Below are positions 58,767-64,000 of a stretch of 64,000 bases of DNA, one piece after another. Every line of letters begins with the position of its first letter. Within the stretch, counting starts at the first letter, position 1. Position numbers and translations under genes: made by a program. Source of the DNA: Vairimorpha necatrix (lineage: Eukaryota); contig CP142731.1 in assembly GCA_036630325.1 (NCBI GenBank), forward strand, positions 868,001-932,000, read 5' to 3'. The notes under the pieces were generated by a model that made no database searches, was not told the DNA's origin, and saw only the letters and a list, made by a program, of their open reading frames with translations.

Positions 58767-61700
58767 ATTGGGGTGATAGTTATTAAAAAAAAATTATTAA
58801 AAGCAGCATTAAAAACAATGTAGTGTAAATTATGTCATTATATCAAGTTAATTTTCAAAAAAAAATATAGATTAATATATTTGGAGGCGTCAAAAATCTC
58901 AATGAAACCATAATAACGAATATTTACTGGTATGATTTATAGATAATTTATTTTTTATAATGTCAAATTTTAATAACTAAATCTGCTAAGTGACTTTTGC
59001 ATAAGAGAAAAAACGAAATAAGATACCTTCAAATTCGCCAAAGCCAAAATAAGATACATAAGAGTGTAAAATTATCATTGGAGGTGGTTATTATCTGACA
59101 CCTTCTAAGTGTGTACGTTCAAAAAATTTTAGCCCAAAAATTTCTCGATCACTTATTATGGAAAAAACCGCAATAAAAATATATTTGAATATTTTGAATT
59201 GTAAATTCTATTATTGCCATCATTCTGTCCAATAAGACAATAGTTTATCCAATGAGTTTGTTTATAATTTGATGTGTTTTACTTATTTATAACAAGATTG
59301 ATGCTGTAAAACTTTTTCTAAAATAAGTAAATGTTAAAAGGATCAGATAATATAAAACAAATGTTACACACTCTATAATTATTTATAACTATAAGAAAAA
59401 TTCATATAGTTGTTTTTAAGATAAGAATAATAATCATAGGTGTAGTTTAAAATAAAATTATATTCAAATATATTTAATATTTTAATGTTTTAATTATTCA
59501 TTAATAATTTCTCTCTGCTTAACCATCTTTTTTTTTGTAAATATTTTCAAAGATAAAAAATTTTTAACATCACTTAATGGCGGTCGAATAATGCCCTTTC
59601 ACATTTTTACTGCATTCTTGATTGAAAATTGAGCAGTTTTCTAATAATAAAAATGAATATTTTTGCAAAAAAAATTTATAAAAAATTCAGAATCAAAAAA
59701 AGAGAATCATAAAAAAAAATACATGAATTATAAAGGTTTTATTCAAAACGACATTTGGAAAATCTTATGAGTATTTGGATGAGAAGAAAAATTCAAATAG
59801 CAAAAGATACATGCTTGAATGTAATTTGTGCAAAGTAAATTATTCATGAAACAGGATCATAGAATTATGCTAAGACTATCTACAGGATCTTTTTATATAG
59901 ATAAATTATATGATTGTGCTGTCGTTTTAAAAAAAAATTTAAGGGATTATAACGAATATTTGATATTAGAAAACTAAAGATATTAAAATAATGGAAAAAA
60001 AACATCATATTATAAGTATATCAAAGAAACAAAACATATTTTATATTTTATGATAGAAACTCTTGTTTTAAACAAAGATTTTATATAAATAAAAAAAATA
60101 CCGAATGAATATTAGAAACTAAACAAACATATTCAGTCTAGATCTACCGATGGGTAATAATTGTAATAAAGAATAAGAAAAAATGTACGGTCAAAAGCAT
60201 TTTTGAGAATTTATACAGGTAAATAATTATATAGTTATATTGATGACTTATAATGTATGCGTTTATAAATTCAAAGACACTGATAAGAAAAATTAAGACT
60301 AGAACTTACTGTGGATGATACATCAAAGAAAAAGATGCATAATATTTTTGTACTAAAAAAAAATTTCAATTAATATAAATCACTTTTGCAAAAAATTACG
60401 TAAATTTAGCTAATCAATCGATACTAATAAAGATAAAAGTGAATGTGTAGTGAAAATTTTTTGACATATTGAAAATAAAAGCAACAAAAAGGCAATAGAT
60501 AAATTAGTAATACCACCCAACATCGAAATGTCGTGGTAAAATACAAAGAAGCCTGCAAGAAAACTAAATGTATATATAGGATATCATGTATTATAGTTGT
60601 TGGGATAAAAACATGGGTTTAATTATTATAAAATATTTAAAGAAACAACATGTCAAATATGTCAAAACAATGACACCATATATTTGACATGTGTAGCACT
60701 TCCTACAATAGTTTTTTAATAAATAGCAAAAAAAACTTTAATTACGCTAAAAAATTCTAAATATGCGGGACAAAGTCGGAACTAGCTTACATAAAGAATT
60801 TAAAAAATCAAATTCTGTTTTTTATAATCTAAGACGACATTTTTAATGAAATAACTTATATTGATACACAAAAGTATCATGAGGATCATAATCGAAAGAA
60901 AAATTTTGACGACATTGAAAAATTTCTTTTTAGTTTAATCAGATCAAGATGCATGGTAGTTATTTTAAAATGTAACCTTTGGAGACAGAAAAAAAACATG
61001 ATGGTAATAAGATGAAGTTTTTAAGTAATCCAGAAAACAATTTTTTGAGTTTTTATAGATACAATACAACAATGAACATAAATTAACTGATATTTTGATC
61101 TACATAGTAAAACACTAAAAAATAACATAACATTCGTATAAAATTAATAGAAGTTTGAAGGCTTACCACAACGAATAATACAAATTGTTTCTTTGTTTTA
61201 TATTACTACTATAAAAAAGCAGCCATTTTATTACAACATTTTATTAGTTTTATGAAGTATGAAAAATAAGATATGCACGCAAAAGTTCTTTTTTCAAATG
61301 AAAGAAAAATAAACTCAAACATAAAAATAAATTCACTGTACTTTAAAGTATTTTTTTATAACAAAAATATACATTCCATGTCAAAGTAAGATCTTTTCTT
61401 AAGCAAAAAAACCGAAAAGAAAATTAAGTCATAGATTAGCACCTAAGAAAACTATCGATGCAATGTAAAATATAGACGTATACCACATAAACTTAAGGCG
61501 GGGGGGGCTTGGTCTAGAATGAAAATTGTAGAATCTTAAGTTAATCAGATTTAAAATCTTTAATGATCATTCGTAAATATAAATATGATCAATTTTTATT
61601 GGGAAATTTCAACTTGAAATAATGTGAAGATCTTAAACAATAAAGCTTACAATGGGATGCAAAAAATACTCTACAAATTGTATAAAATTTACGGCAACAC

Positions 61701-62433
61701 ACAATATTTATATAATTTAATTCAAATTGGTATAAATATGCATGTATTAAGTTTAACCACGAAGTAAAGGGACCTAATCCTCCAAAAATCTTTGTTCTAA
61801 TATTTTCCCCTCTTTATTCATCTGCTTCCGTGTTGCCGTCTAGCAACTAATTATAGTAAGACTTTAAAGTTTTTTAAGTATTTAGCATTAAATATTTACT
61901 TCATTTTTATTTTTATTGTTTTAAAACGTTTCTACAGTGTCAATTAAATTAGTAAATACTACTCTAAAGAAATTATGTACGAATCAGCTAAAAGTGTATT
62001 TATATATAGAATATGTACGGTTTACTAAGAGATTGACAATAGTTTGCATCTATTTACATAGTTCTAAGTTGATACGGCGGTTAAATTAATTTCCTACAAT
62101 TATTTTCTTTTCATTAATATTTTCTACGTGCATATATCAGGATTTTTAGGCATTAATTTACTGTAATCTGTGTCCTAGTGTCTTTCTTAATTTCTACATT
62201 TTAATAACAATAAATAAGCATCAATAAATTTATCTTTCGGCCGTAAATGCATCATTTAATTTTGTAATAGGGACAATCAACTAATAAAAAATATGTATAT
62301 GGTATTAGTAACCAATAATTTTGGATTCTGTACTAAAAAATCGTCAAAATTACGAATTAAAACCAAGGTGGTATTTAAATATAAAGAACAAAAAAATATT
62401 TATAATAAAACAATTTTTAACAGGATAGCTTTA

Positions 62434-62751
62434 TTAACCTCTAAGCGCGTCTTTTATTGTTGATCCTTTTTTGTAGAACCTAAAGGAATTGCATTTATGC
62501 AAGTGGTATGACATTTCAAGGTCGTAAAGTTCTTTTTTAAATTCTTCAGTTTGTTTTATTTTTTCGCCTATAGGAAGAATGTACTTTTTTTTTGATGCGA
62601 CAAATCTCAATGGAATTGCTATTAAACATAGAAAAAGTGTTATTAATACAAAAAAGGGAAAGTAACGCACGACAAAACTATTATTAAGGAAATTTTTAAA
62701 TATTTCATAAATTAAATCTGATGGTAAATAATCAGTTGAAATATTGCTCAT
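62434..62751 (-). CDS. Small membrane protein, paralog of 58443-58766
   Basis: CCCC before ATG, hydrophobic segment, same C-terminal pattern. Confidence 0.8.
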   Translation of the reverse strand: MSNISTDYLPSDLIYEIFKNFLNNSFVVRYFPFFVLITLFLCLIAIPLRFVASKKKYILPIGEKIKQTEEFKKELYDLEMSYHLHKCNSFRFYKKGSTIKDALRG

Positions 62752-63129
62752 ATAAAGGGGATCAATTATAAAAATATATATAATAGTTGTATACTAGATT
62801 AACAACTTTAAAAGATCACAGACATCTATATAATCGTAAAATATAATCTTTTTGAAATTGATTTTCTTAATTTATTTAATTTCGTACATCTTTAGAAATG
62901 TAAAAAATGATAAAATTTCAAAACTTCGATGACGTCACGAACCTGGAAATATATATTGAATATAAAAATGCAAATAGTTTAACTTTCACATTATGAGGAA
63001 TTTATAGGGCAGATGAAAAACAAAATTATTGCATTATATAAAACTAAGTGGAAAGATTTTTATAAACACTGTTCTCGGAAAAAAATATTTTCGATGTTCA
63101 TTTAATACATTCTAAATCAACAATATATA

Positions 63130-64000
63130 ATTTTTTTGGGTATAATATTCGGCTTATTAATTACTTTTCACAAGATACGCTTACAGTCTCATCTGGCAGT
63201 TCCAGGACTTCCTTCTGAGATTCACTCATTGGGCTCTCGAAGACCCCTTCCTGATCTGTATCAAGCCCATGTCTGGCTGACATAGTTAGGCTTTCTAAAG
63301 TCATTTTAAAGACTCTTGACTGTATATATGCTTCCGTTCTGGGTTCTAATCTGAGCACTTTGATATGCGTACGGTGAAAATTAGTTACTATTCAATCCCA
63401 CGTCATCACATAAAAAATAATTTTCGGCTTGTATTTGTAGAGAGAAGCCACATGATTTGCGAGCAAGTCGTATTTATTGTTCTTTTCTGTTTCTACTGCA
63501 TGGAGGTTGTTAAAACTAAGTGAATCCAACTTATACAACGATCACTTCTTTCCTCAACTTGTCTATAATTAGTATATCAGGCTTGTTATACTTTATTTTA
63601 ATACTTGAATGTATCCTACTGTCGACTCGTATCTCAACATACTCATTAGCTACACGTTCCTGGACTGAATGATTTCTAATTCTTTTGGCATGGGATAGAC
63701 CATACGTCTTACACAACTGCAGGCGGATGCATCGCAGTGCCTCAATGTGCCGTCTCATGTAATCATGTGAAAGCATACGATCACATTGGGTGGCCATATG
63801 ATCTACTGTCTTTGCATATTCATGGCAGTGTGGGCATTTTATCTGTTTCTCTAAGAAAATATTTCGGTCCTGTAATGCACATAAATTGCCTTTCTCTCTC
63901 GGGCTTATATTTCCTTTTGTAGCCACGTGGCAGCCTGTTTTATATCAATAAGTGGATCGTCTCTTGGTCTAAATAGCTTTGAATGGTTTGTTTATAACAC
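63130..64000 (-). mobile_element. 3' part of a decayed non-LTR retrotransposon with restriction-like endonuclease (R2/R4-like group)
   Basis: CPHC..H....C zinc knuckle, YMRRH and KPDILIID (PD..D) motifs, then stops and frameshifts. A-rich 3' end near 63130; runs off the window edge. Confidence 0.85.

Noticed and set aside
59570..61000. Possible very old transposase or gene remnant
   Set aside because: No ORF, ends or motif could be established.

Overview
AT-rich, gene-sparse eukaryotic DNA that looks microsporidian: intronless genes, a CCC/GGG motif just before the ATG, and a compact eIF2-gamma. The taxon is inferred, not proven. About 6-48 kb is a same-strand array of eight ~275-aa multi-pass membrane protein paralogs (six intact, two pseudogenes), partly built by a ~12-kb segmental duplication (about 12-24 kb vs 36-48.5 kb). 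The window is crowded with mobile elements. These are three copies of a ~790-bp tRNA-headed SINE-like element, a Ginger/TDD-like integrase transposon with tRNA 3'-halves in its TIRs, two decayed Merlin (ISXO2-like) elements and two near-identical MULEs with hairpin ends. There is also a 3.07-kb Ty3/Gypsy element with 38-bp LTRs and no visible protease, two non-coding TRIM-like elements with 55-bp LTRs, a solo-LTR-like insert and a decayed REL-endonuclease non-LTR retrotransposon. The right part holds a divergent homeodomain gene, tRNA-Cys(GCA), eIF2-gamma, a hypothetical protein, a degenerate Arf-like protein and two small paralogous membrane proteins. The most unusual signals are the micro-LTR retroelements, the long structured SINE and the tRNA-half TIRs. 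All alignments were made by eye.
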